Of a DNA stretch of 64,000 nt, positions 40,688 through 53,200 are shown one piece after another. The position numbers and the translations under genes were made by a program. The DNA comes from Eledone cirrhosa. Its lineage: Eukaryota. The notes below the pieces were generated by a model. The model worked only from the letters and a program-made list of their open reading frames with translations, had not been told where the DNA came from and did no database searches. Each line of letters begins with the position of its first letter. Within the stretch, counting starts at the first letter, position 1. Location: contig OZ024741.1 in the NCBI GenBank assembly GCA_964016885.1, positions 139,376,001 to 139,440,000 on the forward strand, written 5' to 3'.

Positions 40688-43600
40688 TTCCTTGAATCTC
40701 AGTCATTGATGTTGGTTAACTGGAAAGTCCGTTGGATTGAATATCAAGCCACTACCTGCAGCCTCAGATATTCAGGACGTATCGGAGGGTTCTTGCTGTT
40801 CCAAGCAAGCATGCCTTTTGAAGCGTTCCAAAAAGCGTGAAGGGGCCGATTTTCTTTAACCATCCCCGGAAACTTTTGGAGATAGTCCTCAGTGCGCCTA
40901 TGACAATCGGGATCACTTTGACTTCATGGCAGTTCCAAATCCTTTTCACCTCCCACTTTAGGTCCTGGTATCGGTTAATTTTCTCCCTCTCCTTCTCTTG
41001 CACTCTCGTGTCGAACGGGCAGGCCACATCCACAATCAGGCACGATCTTTTTTCTTTGTCCACAACCACCAGGTCAGGTCTATTGTGTTCCAGTTTTTTG
41101 TCCGTCTGTATCCTAAAATCCCTCAGCACCTTCACCTGATTGTTCTCCATCACCGCCTCTGGCCTATGCTCATACCATTTCTCAGAATGTGGTAGATTGT
41201 TTACTTTGCACAGGTGCCAGTGGATCACCCTGCCCATCACATCGTGTCTCCAGCCCTTATAGTGGGTCTGGGCTAGGTGTTTACACTCGGACACAATGTG
41301 AGCCACAGTCTCCTCTCTCTCTCCACAGATCCTGCACAGTGGGCTGGCCTCCTCCTTGTAGATATGGTGCTTCAACCACTTCGTTTTGAGGGCCTGCTCC
41401 TGCGCAGCCATTAGCATTCCTTCTGTAGCCTTTTTGAGGTCTCCCCTTCTCAACCAGTTCCATGTCTGTGGATCTCTAAATTCAGTTTTCTCAAAGAAGG
41501 TACTATGAAGGGGTTTTCCCTTAAGGCTGCTCTTCCTCCTTGATGTTATTTCCTCCCTGGACATCCCCTGGCCTACTGTCCCCTCCTTCAGTACAGCTCT
41601 GAGCATTGGCTCCTTACTATAGGTCACGTATTTGTATAGGTTGTTTTTCTCCATCTGAACACAGTCCTCTATGCTGATAAGACCTCTTCCACCCTCAGAT
41701 CTCCTTAGGTAGAGTCTATCGACATCACTCCTCTTGTGGAACATGTTGTAGATAGTCAATAGCTTCCTAGTCTTCCTATCCATTTCTTTCTGTTCAGCAA
41801 CATTCCATCTCAGAATTCCCGCACTGTACCTAATAATAGACACAGCTCGGGAATTTACTGCGCTTATGGCATTTCTGCTGTTCAGATGTGACTTCAATAC
41901 GCTCCTTACTCTCCGAATGTATTCAGTTCTTAACAATTCCTTCATTTTTTTGTTCTTTATGCCATCAGCCTCCAGAACGCCCAAATACTTGTATCCTTCC
42001 TCAGAGTCAATTTCCTTTATCATCTCACCTGTTGGTATCTGGATCCCGTTACTTCTGCTCAACCTACCCCTCTTCATCACAATGACACCACATTTACCAA
42101 TACCAAACTGCATACATATATCACTGCTGAAAATACGGACAGTGTCAACAAGCACATCCAACTCCTTCTCACTTTTCCCGAAGAGCTTAAGATCGTCCAT
42201 GAATAGGAGGTGATTGATGGTAAGCTCTCCCCTTCCCAACTTGTATCCTGCTCTCACTTTTCGCAGCATAATGGTCAAGGGCATCAGGGCAAGGACAAAC
42301 AACAGAGGGGACAGGCTATCTCCCTGGAAGATACCTCTCTTGATCTTCACGCTTCCCAAGGATACTCCAGTTGATGTCAACTCTGTCTCCCAGGACCCCA
42401 TACTCCTGCCTAGCAACTGTCTGATGTTATCCGCCACCCTGAAGATCTCCAGGCTTTTGGAGATCCAGGAATGAGGCACCATGTCAAATGCCTTTCTGTA
42501 GTCTATCCATCCCATGGCAAGATCAGTGTGTCTCCTCCTGCAATTCCCCATTACCATCTTATCAATAAGCAACTGGTCCTTTGTACCACGTGACTTCTTT
42601 CGGCATCCTTTCTGTTCGTCCGGTAACAAGTTGTTTGTGTGGAGGTGATGGTAGATTTCCTCAGACACAATGCTCGTCAACAGTTTCCACATTACGGGCA
42701 GACATGTGATAGGTCTATAGTTGGTAGCATCATTACCCTTGATTCGGTCTTTCATTATCAGAACTGTGGTACCTTTTGTCAACCACTCTGGCACCTCACC
42801 CGACACCAAGCAGTCATTGAACATGGCCGTCAGCTTCGGGTGGAGGGATGTTAAATGTTTAATCCAATACCCCTGCACACCATCTGGGCCTGGTGATTTC
42901 CAGTTGGTTAGTTTTTTGGCTTGCCCCTTAAGAGTTTCAACTGTGATACTCAAATCAGTCTGTTGCTGTGCCTGCTCACCGATCTCCCTCTGTACTGTCT
43001 CAATCCACCCTGCCTGGGCATTGTGTCTAACATCCTGCTCCCATATTCCTCTCCAGAATGTTTTAGTTTGCTCCGCCCCAGGGATCAAGTCGTTGCCTCT
43101 TTCTTTGCCATCAAGCTGTCCAAACAGCATCTTCTGGTTGTTGTCGAACATGCGGTTCTATTTATACTGACTGACTCTGTTCTCGTATCGCCTGATTTTT
43201 GCACTCTTTGCTACAATGCGTTGCTTCAATTCCTCTATGATAATATTTAGCTTTTGACTCCTAGTTTTGTATTTTATTTCCAGTCTATTTTTAGTGCCTA
43301 TGTTTTTTAGTGTCCCATTCAGTAGTGACTCAAGCTTTCCTATGTCATTTCTCATTTCCCCGATTTGCCCACTCAGTCGCTTCTTCCACCACGGCTCTGC
43401 TCTTTCTTGTCTGTTGTTTCCTCTCGCTTTTATACCAAGTAGTTTCCTCACCGTATTTGCTGTTGCTCTGAGGATATTGTTGCACTGGTGAAGGCTCCTC
43501 GCCTCAAGGTATGGGATGACTTTGTTTACCTTAGCTGTTGTTTCTTTTAACTTTTTCCTGTCTACAAATCTTAGGTTCATAGGTCTCCCACTATCATTGT

Positions 43601-44198
43601 TCAATTCATCTACCACTAAATTTAGGATGTCAACCGAATCTTGTCCTAGCCCGTCAGCATTCATCTCCTCAGTGGCCGTATCTCTGTTCCAGGTATTATT
43701 TATCTCAGTACTCAGATCATTGTCTGCTTCGGGTGGTTCCTCCGTTCTCAGGACCTCCTCACCTTCATTTCCCACCGGCTCGCTTGTCTGGCATACTACA
43801 CCCGCCATCTCCAAGCCATTCTCTCTGCTCAGTTCCTCCAGTTCCAGCTCGTTTATCCACCCATTAGTTCTTATTACCCGAGCCTGCCCGGCCAATTTTT
43901 GTTCATCTAATTTAAATAAACCAATCTCGTTCCAGATGTTATGCATCCGTCTCCTGTAGCCCCTCTCCTTGGGGTTACTTTTCAGGTAGCATTGCATAAC
44001 AGCTCTATTCAATTCTTTCGTCCAGTTGGTTCTGGCCCCTTTCCTTCTTCTCCTTCCTCCAACATCAGCAGTATTTGGTTGACAGTCAGGTTCCTGCTGC
44101 TGAGCCAGGGGGCACCTGTTGGGTGAGAGTCTGTCACATGACGTTCTAGTCTCCATTTCACCGTTATTCGAACTGTTTATGTTCGATATTTAAACACT
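40688..44198 (-). pseudogene. Near-full-length Dong/R4-like family A copy with one nonsense mutation
   Basis: ORFs 43158-44156 and 40764-43151 are collinear with the intact copy; CAG>TAG at 43158-43160. Confidence 0.95.
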
Positions 44199-44231
44199 AT
44201 TATTATTATTATTATTATTATTGTTATTGTT

Positions 44232-47200
44232 ATTCCTTGAATCTCAGTCATTGATGTTGGTTAACTGGAAAGTCCGTTGGATTGAATATCAAGCCACTAC
44301 CTGCAGCCTCAGATATTCAGGACGTATCGGAGGGTTCTTGCCGTTCCAAGCAAGCATGCCTTTTGAAGCGTTCCAAAAAGCGTGAAGGGGCCGATTTTCT
44401 TTAACCATCCCTGGAAACCTTTGGAGATAGTCCCCAGTGCGCCTATGACAATCGGGATCACTTTGACTTCATAGCAGTTCCAAATCCTTTTCACCTCCCA
44501 CTCTAGGTCCTGGTATCGGTTAATTTTCTCCCTCTCCTTCTCTTGCACTCTCGTGTCGAACGGGCAGGCCACATCCACAATCAGGCACGATCTTTTTTCT
44601 TTGACCACAACCACCAGGTCAGGTCTATTGTGTTCCAGTTTTTTGTCCGTCTGTATCCTAAAATCCCACAGCACCTTCACCTGACTGTTCTCCATCACCG
44701 CCTCTGTCCTATGCTCATACCATTTCTCAGAGAGTGGTAGATTGTTTACTTTGCACAGGTGCCAGTGGATCACCCTGCCCATCACATCGTGTCTCCAGCC
44801 CTTATAGTGGGTCTGGGCTAGGTGTTTACACTCGGACACAATGTGGGCCACAGTCTCCTCTCTCTCTCCACAGATCCTGCACAGTGGGCTAGCCTCCTCC
44901 TTGTAGATATGGTGCTTCAACCACTTCGTTTTGAGGGCCTGCTCCTGCGCAGCCATTAGCATTCCTTCTGTAGCCTTTTTGAGGTCTCCTCTTCTCAACC
45001 AGTTCCATGTCTGTGGATCTCTAAATTCAGTTTTCTCAAAGAAGGTACTATGAAGGGATTTTCCCTTAAGGCTGCTCTTCCTCCTTGATGTTATTTCCTC
45101 CTTGGATATCCCCTGGCCTACTGTCCCCTCCTTCAGTACAGCTCTGAGCATTGGCTCCTTACTATAGGTCACGTATTTGTATAGGTTGTTTTTCTCCATC
45201 TGAACACAGTCCTCTATGCTGATAAGACCTCTTCCACCCTCAGATCTCCTTAGGTAGAGTCTATCGACATCACTCCTCTTGTGGAACATGTTGTAGATAG
45301 TCAATAGCTTCCTAGTCTTCCTATCCATTTCTTTTTGTTCAGCAACATTCCATCTCAGAATTCCCGCATTGTACCTAATAATAGACACAGCTCGGGAATT
45401 TACTGCGCTTATGGCATTTCTGCTGTTCAGATGTGACTTCAATACGCTCCTTACTCTCCGAATGTATTCAGTTCTTAACAATTCCTTCATTTTTTTGTTC
45501 TTTATGCCATCAGCCTCCAGAACGCCCAAATACTTGTATCCTTCCTCAGAGTCAATTTCCTTTATCATCTCACCTGTTGGTATCTGGATCCCGTTACTTC
45601 TGCTCAACCGACCCCTCCTCATCACAATGACTCCACATTTACCAATACCAAACTGCATACATATATCACTGCTGAAAATACGGACAGTGTCAACAAGCAC
45701 ATCGAACTCCTTCTCACTTTTCCCGAAGAGCTTAAGATCGTCCATGAAGAGGAGGTGATTGATGGTAAGCTCTCCCCTTCCCAACTTGTATCCTGCTCTC
45801 ACTTTTCGCAGCATAATGGTCAAGGGCATCAGGGCAAGGACAAACAACAGAGGGGACAGGCTATCTCCCTGGAAGATACCTCTCTTGATCTTCACGCTTC
45901 CCAAGGATACTCCAGTTGATGTCAACTCTGTCTCCCAGGACCCCATACTCCTGCCCAGCAACTGTCTGATGTTATCTGCCACCCTGAAGATCTCCAGGCT
46001 TTTGGTGATCCAGGAATGAGGCACCATGTCAAATGCCTTTCTGTAGTCTATCCATCCCATGGCAAGATCAGTGTGTCTCCTCCTGCAATTCCCCATTACC
46101 ATCTTATCAATAAGCAACTGGTCCTTTGTACCACGTGACTTCTTTCGGCATCCTTTCTGTTCGTCCGGTAACAAGTTGTTTGTGTGGAGGTGATGGTAGA
46201 TTTCCTCAGACACAATGCTCGTCAACAGTTTCCACATTACGGACAGACATGTGATAGGTCTATAGTTGGTAACATCATTACCCTTGCTTCGGTCTTTCAT
46301 TATCAGAACTGTGGTACCTTTTGTCAACCACTCCGGCACCTCACCCGACACCAAGCAGTCATTGAACATGGCCGTCAGCTTCGGGTGGAGGGATGTTAAA
46401 TGTTTAATCCAATACCCCTGCACACCATCTGGGCCTGGTGATTTCCAGTTGGTTAATTTTTTGGCTTGCCCCTTAAGAGTTTCAACTGTGATACTCAAAT
46501 CAGTCTGTTGCTGTGCCTGCTCACCGATCTCCCTCTGTACTGTCTCAATCCACCCTGCCTGGGCATTGTATCTAACATCCTGCTCCCATATTCCTCTCCA
46601 GAATGTTTTAGCTTGTTCCGCCCCAGGGATCAAGTCGTTGCCTCTTTCTTTCCCCTCAAGCTGTCCAAACAGCATCTTCTGGTTGTTGTCGAACATGCGG
46701 TTCTGTTTATACTGACTGACTCTGTTCTCGTATCGCCTGATTTTGGCACTCTTTGCTACAATGCGTTGCTTCAATTCCTCTATGATAATATTTAGCTTTT
46801 GACTCCTAGTTTTGTATTTTATTTCCAGTCTATTTTTAGTGCCTATGTTTTTTAGTGTCCCATTCAGTAGTGACTCAAGCTTTCCTATGTCATTTCTCAT
46901 TTCCCCGATTTGCCCACTCAGTCGCTTCTTCCACCACGGCTCTGCTCTTTCTTGTCTGTTGTTTCCTCTCGCTTTTATACCAAGTAGTTTCCTCACCGTA
47001 TTTGCTGTTGCTTTGAGGATATTGTTGTACTGGTGAAGACTCCTCGCCTCAAGGTATGGGATGACTTTGTTTACCTTAGCTGTTGTTTCTTTTAACTTTT
47101 TCCTGTCTACAAATCTTAGGTTCATAGGTCTCCCACTATCATTGTTCAACTCATCTACCACTAAATTTAGGATGTCAACCGAATCTTGTCCTAGCCCGTC

Positions 47201-47850
47201 AGCATTCATCTCCTCAGTGGCCGTATCTCTGTTCCAGGTATTATTTATCTCAGTATTCAGATCATTGTCTGCTTCGGGTGGTTCCTCCGTTCTCAGGACC
47301 TCCTCACCTTCATTTCCCGCCGGCTCGCTTGTCTGGCATACTACACCCGCCATCTCCAAGCCATTCTCTCTGCTCAGTTCCTCCAGTTCCAGCTCGCTTA
47401 TCCACCCATTAGTTCCTATTACCCGAGCCTGCCCGGCCAATTTTTGTTCATCTAATTTAAATAAACCAATCTCGTTCCAGATGTTATGCATCCGTCTCCT
47501 GTAGCCCCTCTCCTTGGGGTTACTTTTCAGGTAGCATTGCATAACAGTTCTATTCAATTCTTTCGTCCAGTTGGTTCTGGCCCCTTTCCTTCTTCTTCTT
47601 CCTCCAACATCAGCAGTATTTCGTTGACAGTCAGGTTCCTGCTGCTGAGCCAGGGGGCACCTGTTGGGTGAGAGTCTGTCACATGACGTTCTAGTCTCCA
47701 TTTCACCGTTATTCGAACTGTTTATGTTCGATATTTAAACACTCTTATCGAGGATTGGCGAACGTATGTTTACATAGCCATCTGTGGATCCGCCATCCCA
47801 CTTGGCCCTTGTGTGGCATTATCACCACGCTGTATACGGACACACATAAA
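44232..47850 (-). mobile_element. Apparently full-length Dong/R4-like family A element
   Basis: Intact ORF, short 3' UTR, (TAA)n tail, 5' UTR of at least ~150 nt; 5' boundary uncertain. Confidence 0.93.
44309..47701 (-). CDS. 1130-aa RT plus restriction-like endonuclease protein (R4/Dong clade)
   Basis: N-terminal Myb-like WTKELN..CY, KSPGPDG, NYRPITCL, GIFQGDSLSPLLF, FMDDLKLF, CRICGEREETVAHIVSEC, RHD, NRPD..DV, EKINRYQDL. Confidence 0.96.
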   Translation of the reverse strand: METRTSCDRLSPNRCPLAQQQEPDCQRNTADVGGRRRRKGARTNWTKELNRTVMQCYLKSNPKERGYRRRMHNIWNEIGLFKLDEQKLAGQARVIGTNGWISELELEELSRENGLEMAGVVCQTSEPAGNEGEEVLRTEEPPEADNDLNTEINNTWNRDTATEEMNADGLGQDSVDILNLVVDELNNDSGRPMNLRFVDRKKLKETTAKVNKVIPYLEARSLHQYNNILKATANTVRKLLGIKARGNNRQERAEPWWKKRLSGQIGEMRNDIGKLESLLNGTLKNIGTKNRLEIKYKTRSQKLNIIIEELKQRIVAKSAKIRRYENRVSQYKQNRMFDNNQKMLFGQLEGKERGNDLIPGAEQAKTFWRGIWEQDVRYNAQAGWIETVQREIGEQAQQQTDLSITVETLKGQAKKLTNWKSPGPDGVQGYWIKHLTSLHPKLTAMFNDCLVSGEVPEWLTKGTTVLIMKDRSKGNDVTNYRPITCLSVMWKLLTSIVSEEIYHHLHTNNLLPDEQKGCRKKSRGTKDQLLIDKMVMGNCRRRHTDLAMGWIDYRKAFDMVPHSWITKSLEIFRVADNIRQLLGRSMGSWETELTSTGVSLGSVKIKRGIFQGDSLSPLLFVLALMPLTIMLRKVRAGYKLGRGELTINHLLFMDDLKLFGKSEKEFDVLVDTVRIFSSDICMQFGIGKCGVIVMRRGRLSRSNGIQIPTGEMIKEIDSEEGYKYLGVLEADGIKNKKMKELLRTEYIRRVRSVLKSHLNSRNAISAVNSRAVSIIRYNAGILRWNVAEQKEMDRKTRKLLTIYNMFHKRSDVDRLYLRRSEGGRGLISIEDCVQMEKNNLYKYVTYSKEPMLRAVLKEGTVGQGISKEEITSRRKSSLKGKSLHSTFFEKTEFRDPQTWNWLRRGDLKKATEGMLMAAQEQALKTKWLKHHIYKEEASPLCRICGEREETVAHIVSECKHLAQTHYKGWRHDVMGRVIHWHLCKVNNLPLSEKWYEHRTEAVMENSQVKVLWDFRIQTDKKLEHNRPDLVVVVKEKRSCLIVDVACPFDTRVQEKEREKINRYQDLEWEVKRIWNCYEVKVIPIVIGALGTISKGFQGWLKKIGPFTLFGTLQKACLLGTARTLRYVLNI

Positions 47851-48794
47851 CAAACAAACACACGGGCAGAAAGGGCCCCAAAAATGAATAAGCATAAGTT
47901 TCATTGTAATGTAGTATTCGAATGTCTGACTTAGTTTTTGTTTTTTAAGTTTTACTTTTTCCCCCCTCTTCTCTGTCCGTCCGCCTGCTTCTCTCTTCAT
48001 TCTTATTTTCTTTACGTTTTTTGGGTTTTCTGTTTTTTTTTGTTTTTGTTTTTCTCTGTTTGTTTTTCTCGTTTTTTGCTGTTGTTGCTGTGCTGCTTTG
48101 GTTTTGTTGTTTGTTTTTTTTTTTTCTTTTGAGTCTATCTATATATTTTGATGCCTTCCTCTTTGTTAGTAGTAGGAATTCTATAATGTGGAAGTAGCAG
48201 CCAGCAGGGAGAAGTGGGAGACTGGCGGCGGTAGCGATACTGAGATAGTGGTGGTGGTGATGTCGATATCGAGGCAGTGGTGGCGGGGATGTGACCGTAT
48301 TACTGTAGTGATGGTGCTGTAGCAGTGGCAGCCGTGAAGGAGTGAAGGGGTGGTGGCGGCGGTGATGGGATAGTGGTGGTAATGATGGCCGTAGTGATTG
48401 GTGGTGGTGAAGGTGAAAATGACGTTATCTGGCTGTTGTGTTTAGTGTACACAGATGATGGGGTGGGTGGTGTATCTAGTTTCTGGTGTTGGTGAGTTTG
48501 GCTATCCTATATAGTGTAGACAGAGGAGAGGAGAGGGGGGGGGGTTCTTCTTCCATTTATAGCCATTTTCATTTTTGGATATACAGTGTACAATACAAAG
48601 TTGAATATTTGAATATTTGAGCCTTATAACAATATATTTTGGGTCCGAATTTTTTGGGGCTCAAGCCGGGTGCTTTACGTAGCATTTGTACTAAGAGTTG
48701 TTATTTCACAAATGATTTAAATATGTTAAAAATTCAAAACTTACGGGAGCGATTTCATGACCTCCGTCACCTCGTGCGTCTTCTTTTACACATG

Positions 48795-48833
<39 letters not shown>

Positions 48834-48849
48834 TTTATTATTGTTATTA

Positions 48850-50257
48850 CTCTTTGAGTCTCAGTCATTGATGTTAGTTAACTGGAAAGTTTGTTTAGAT
48901 GAATATCAAGCCACTACCTGCAGCCTCAGATATTCAGACGTATCGGAGGGTTCTTGCTGTTCCCAGCAAGCATGCCTTTTGAAGCGTTCCAAAAAGCGTG
49001 AAGGGGCCTATGACAATCGGGATCACTTTGATTTCATGGCAGTTCCAAATCCTTTTTACCTCCCACTTTAAGTCCTGGTATCGGTTAATTTTCTTCCTCT
49101 CCTTCTCTTGCACTCTCGTGTCGAATGGGCAGGCCACATCCACAATCAGGCACGATCTTTTTCTTTGTCCAAAACCACAAGGTCAGGTCTATTGTATTCA
49201 AGTTTCTTGTCCGTCTGTATCCTAAAATCCCACAGCACCTTCACATGATCGTTTTCTATCACCGCCTCTGGCTTATGCTCATACCACTTCTCAGAATGTG
49301 GTAAATTGTTTACTTTGAACAGGTGCCAGTGGATCACCCTGCCCATAACATCATGTCTCCAGCCCTTATAGTGAGTCTGGGCTAGGTGTTTACACTCGGA
49401 CACAATGTGAGCCACAGTCTACTCTCTTCACAGATCCTGCACAGTGGGCTAGCCTCCTCCTTGTAAATATGGTGTTTCAACCACTTCGTTTTGAGGGCCT
49501 GCTCCTGCGCAGCCATTAACATTCCTTCTGTAGCCTTTTTAAGGTCTCCTCTTATCAACCAGTTCCATGTCTGTGGATCTCTAAATTCAGTTTTCTCAAA
49601 GAAGGTATTATGAAGGGATTTTTCCTGAAGGCTGCTCTTTCTCCTTGATGTTATTTCCTCCTTGGACATCCCCTGGCCTATTGTCCCCTCCTTCGCTACA
49701 GTTCTGAGCATTGGCTCCTTACTATCAGTCACGTATTTGTGTAGGTTGTTTTTCTCCAACTGAACACAGTCCTCTATGCTGATAAGACCTCTTCCACCCT
49801 CAGATCTCCTTAAGTAGAGTCTATCGACATCACTCCTCTTGTGGAACATATTGTAGATAGTCAATAGCTTCCTAGTCTTCCTATCCATTTCTTTTTGTTC
49901 AGCAACATTCCATCTCAGAATTCCCGCACTGTACCTAATAATAGACACAGCTCGGGAATTTACTCCACTTATGGCATTCCTACTGTTCAGATGTGATTTT
50001 AATACGCTACTTCCTCTCCGAAGGTATTCAGTTCTTATCAATTCCTTCATTTTTTTGTTCTTGATGTCATCAGCCTCCAGAACGCCCAAATACTTGTATC
50101 CTTCTTCAGAGTCAATTTCTTTTATCATCTCACCTGTTGGTATCTGGATTCCGTTACTTCTGCTCAACTTACCCCTCCTCATCACAATGACTCCACACTT
50201 ACTAATACCAACTTGCATACATATATCATTGCTGAAAATACGGACAGTGTCAACAAG

Positions 50258-50260
<3 letters not shown>
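48850..50260 (-). mobile_element. 5'-truncated, frameshifted family A copy
   Basis: ORFs 49382-50260, 49146-49415 and 48934-49143 match the C-terminal half of the 1130-aa protein; (TAA)n on both sides. Confidence 0.92.
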
Positions 50261-50299
<39 letters not shown>

Positions 50300-53200
50300 A
50301 GTTGCATTTATCTTGCTTTATGTTCATACGAGTTATCACCAAGTCACAACCAGTGACCTCAAGAGACAACAAGGTCCGCCATGTTCAAGAAAGAACATAC
50401 ATACTCTCACATGCATCTTTAGTGTTTAGACTTGTGATGTACTTATATTGACAGAATCTTCCTTAGTATATGGGCAGTTCCCATTAGTACTATCTTTTGT
50501 ATTTCTCCTATACGCGGGTTTCCTGGGATTTGCGATAAGTAATCATTAGACCCCTTAGGTATCATTCCCAGAGCGCCTACAACCACTGGTATTGTTTTAG
50601 TTCTCAATTTCCACATTTTTCCAATTTCTGTCTCCAGGTCCTTATACTTGCTCAATTTTTCAAATGTTTTTATAGATACAAACATCAGGATTGTTAGCTC
50701 GCTCTGGGTATTTTCCATACAGAGGCTTTTCTTGCCATTTCTTAGCCAGTATTTGTAGCAGTTCTTTCTTTGCAGTTACTTTTACCTGCTTTGCTTTTTC
50801 TGTGTTTTCCATTTCAGCAGTAAATAGGACTTCTGAAATGTGTAGTTCATTACTGTATCTTTGTGCATCTTTTGTAATGGAATATGATCTTTTGATGCTT
50901 TCGTGTTTCAAAACGAGTTTGATAATCCAATCATGTGATTCCCTTAGATAGGTAGATAATCCAATTGTTGCAGTTTTCAACGCAATGTCTAACTGGATTA
51001 ACCCACGTCCTCCTTCTTTCCTAGGGAGATATATTCTATCTATATCTGCCTTAAGGTGATGCATTCTGTGCATGGTTAAGAATTTTCGAAATTTTGTATC
51101 GAGCCTACGGATCTCTGTGCTTGACCAGTTGATGACATTGTAACTGTAGGTTACTACTGGTATGGCAAGCGTGTTTATGGCATCGATCCTATTCCTTGCG
51201 TTCAATTCCGTTCTTAAGATTGCTCTTATTCTGCGGTAACATTCCTTCCTTATCCTTTCCCTCATTGTCGAGTGCTTGATTCCATCTCCTTCACAAACAC
51301 CTAGATATTTGTAAGTTTTTTCTTGATGAAGTTCTCTTATCACGTTCCCCCGATCAAGATTAATGTCTGAACTCTTCAGCACCTTCCTCTGGTGAACGTT
51401 GCATTGGCTCATTTATCTAGTCCAAACTCCATTTTAATGTCATCATTGAACTGCTCCACAGTGGATAATAGCCCTTGCAATTGTTCATCATTTTTTTCAA
51501 ATAGTTTCAGGTCATCCATGTAGAACAAGTGATTAATGGTTTTGTCATAGACTTTATATCCATGTTTTGTTTCATTGAGCATTTTACTTAATGGTATAAG
51601 TGCGATGCAGAATAAAAGCGGTGATAACGAGTCACCCTGAAAAATTCCACAATTAATATTAACTTCTCCAGCTTCCAGTGATTTTGTTTCACTATTCAAA
51701 AGGAGTGTCGTTTTCCATGTCTTCATACTGAATGACAACAACCTCCTGACAACGGGGGATATTTTGAAAATCTCTAAACATTTTTCAATCCAACTGTGTA
51801 GCAAACTATCGAATGCTTTTTTATAATCTATCCAAGCAATCGATAGATTTTTGTGTCTATTATGACAATCTTCCAGTATCATTTTGTTAACCAGAAGCTG
51901 ATCCTTACAGCCATATGAGCCTCGTTTACACCCTTTCTGCTCAATGGGAAATAGGTCATTTGTTATCAGGTGGTCATATGTTAGGACTGATGTTAAAATT
52001 TTATACATTGTGGTCTAGCAAGTTATCTGTCTGTAATGTTTGGGATTGTTTGACTCATCATTCTTCGGAAGCAGGAATGTAATGCCACTAACAAGCCATG
52101 ATGGTATCTTTTCTGGTTCCTTAACTATTTCATTGTAAAGTTGGGCTAACAGCTCATGAGACTCTGTGAAGGCATTCATCCAAAAGTTTTGTATTTTGTC
52201 TTTTCCTGGGGATTTCCATTTGCTGGCTTTTCTTAGAGCCAAGCGCAACTGTTCAACTGTTATATTTTCCCATATTTGTTCCTCAAGGTGAGCTGTATCT
52301 TTCATTTGTCTGTCTATCCATGGGGCATGTATGTTATGAACTTTTTCTTCGGCCCAGATCTTTTCCCATAATTCTTGCACTTCCTCCTTGGGTGGTATTG
52401 ATCTAGCAGTTATTGTTGACTTACCAATTTTTCTGTAGAAGTTTCTTTGGTTGTTTTTGAACATATTATTGTCCTTATAGAATCTAGACCGTTTTTCAAA
52501 GCGCCTTACGCGAGCAGCTTTGGCCGACACTTTTTGCTTGATTATTTCTATCAGGATGTCCATGTCACTTGTTGATTTTATACTGTACTTTTTTCAATAT
52601 TCTAAGTTTAGTTTGTTTAACATGTTCACCTACTTTATAGTTTGTTAAAATTTCTATGTCAGATCGGAGAAGGTTTATTTGGCAATTGATGTTCTCTTGC
52701 CAAGTAGATTTCTTGTGGGAATTCCTTTGTTTTTTCATCTTCACTCCACATAAGTGAGTGGTGACTTTAGCCGATGCATAATAGAGATGATTTAAATCAG
52801 TAATGTTTAGTTTGTTTGTGATGATAATGTTTTAGAGAATTATTTTAGTCTTGTGTATTATCTTTTGGTTCTGTTTGGAGTTCTGGATCTTAGGGAGGGT
52901 GTCTCGTTGCCCCATGTCAGATTCTTTCATTTTCATCCATTCGATCATAATTTCATCCTTCAAGTTGGCAAGTTCATTCTCATTCATTTCTTTATCATTT
53001 ACGATCTCATTATTTTCATTTGGAGTTTCATCTTGAACATGCACTCCCTCCACTTTTTCGATCCTTTCTTTAATTTGTTCTGTTGCCAGTGATTCCGCCC
53101 CAAACCTGGGATTTGAAGTGTTACAATTTACCTCGTTTTTACTGACACATGTTTCATTTTCCCTTCGCTGACTTTGTGCTAATAGCTTGATCTGATCAAT

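Noticed and set aside
40837-47671. Plus-strand ORFs overlapping the Dong copies
   Set aside because: Antisense shadows of the RT ORF, repeated only because the element is repeated
47740-47830. HDV-like ribozyme in the family A 5' UTR (TCCTCG motif)
   Set aside because: No P1 partner strand or nested P2/P3 could be found by eye
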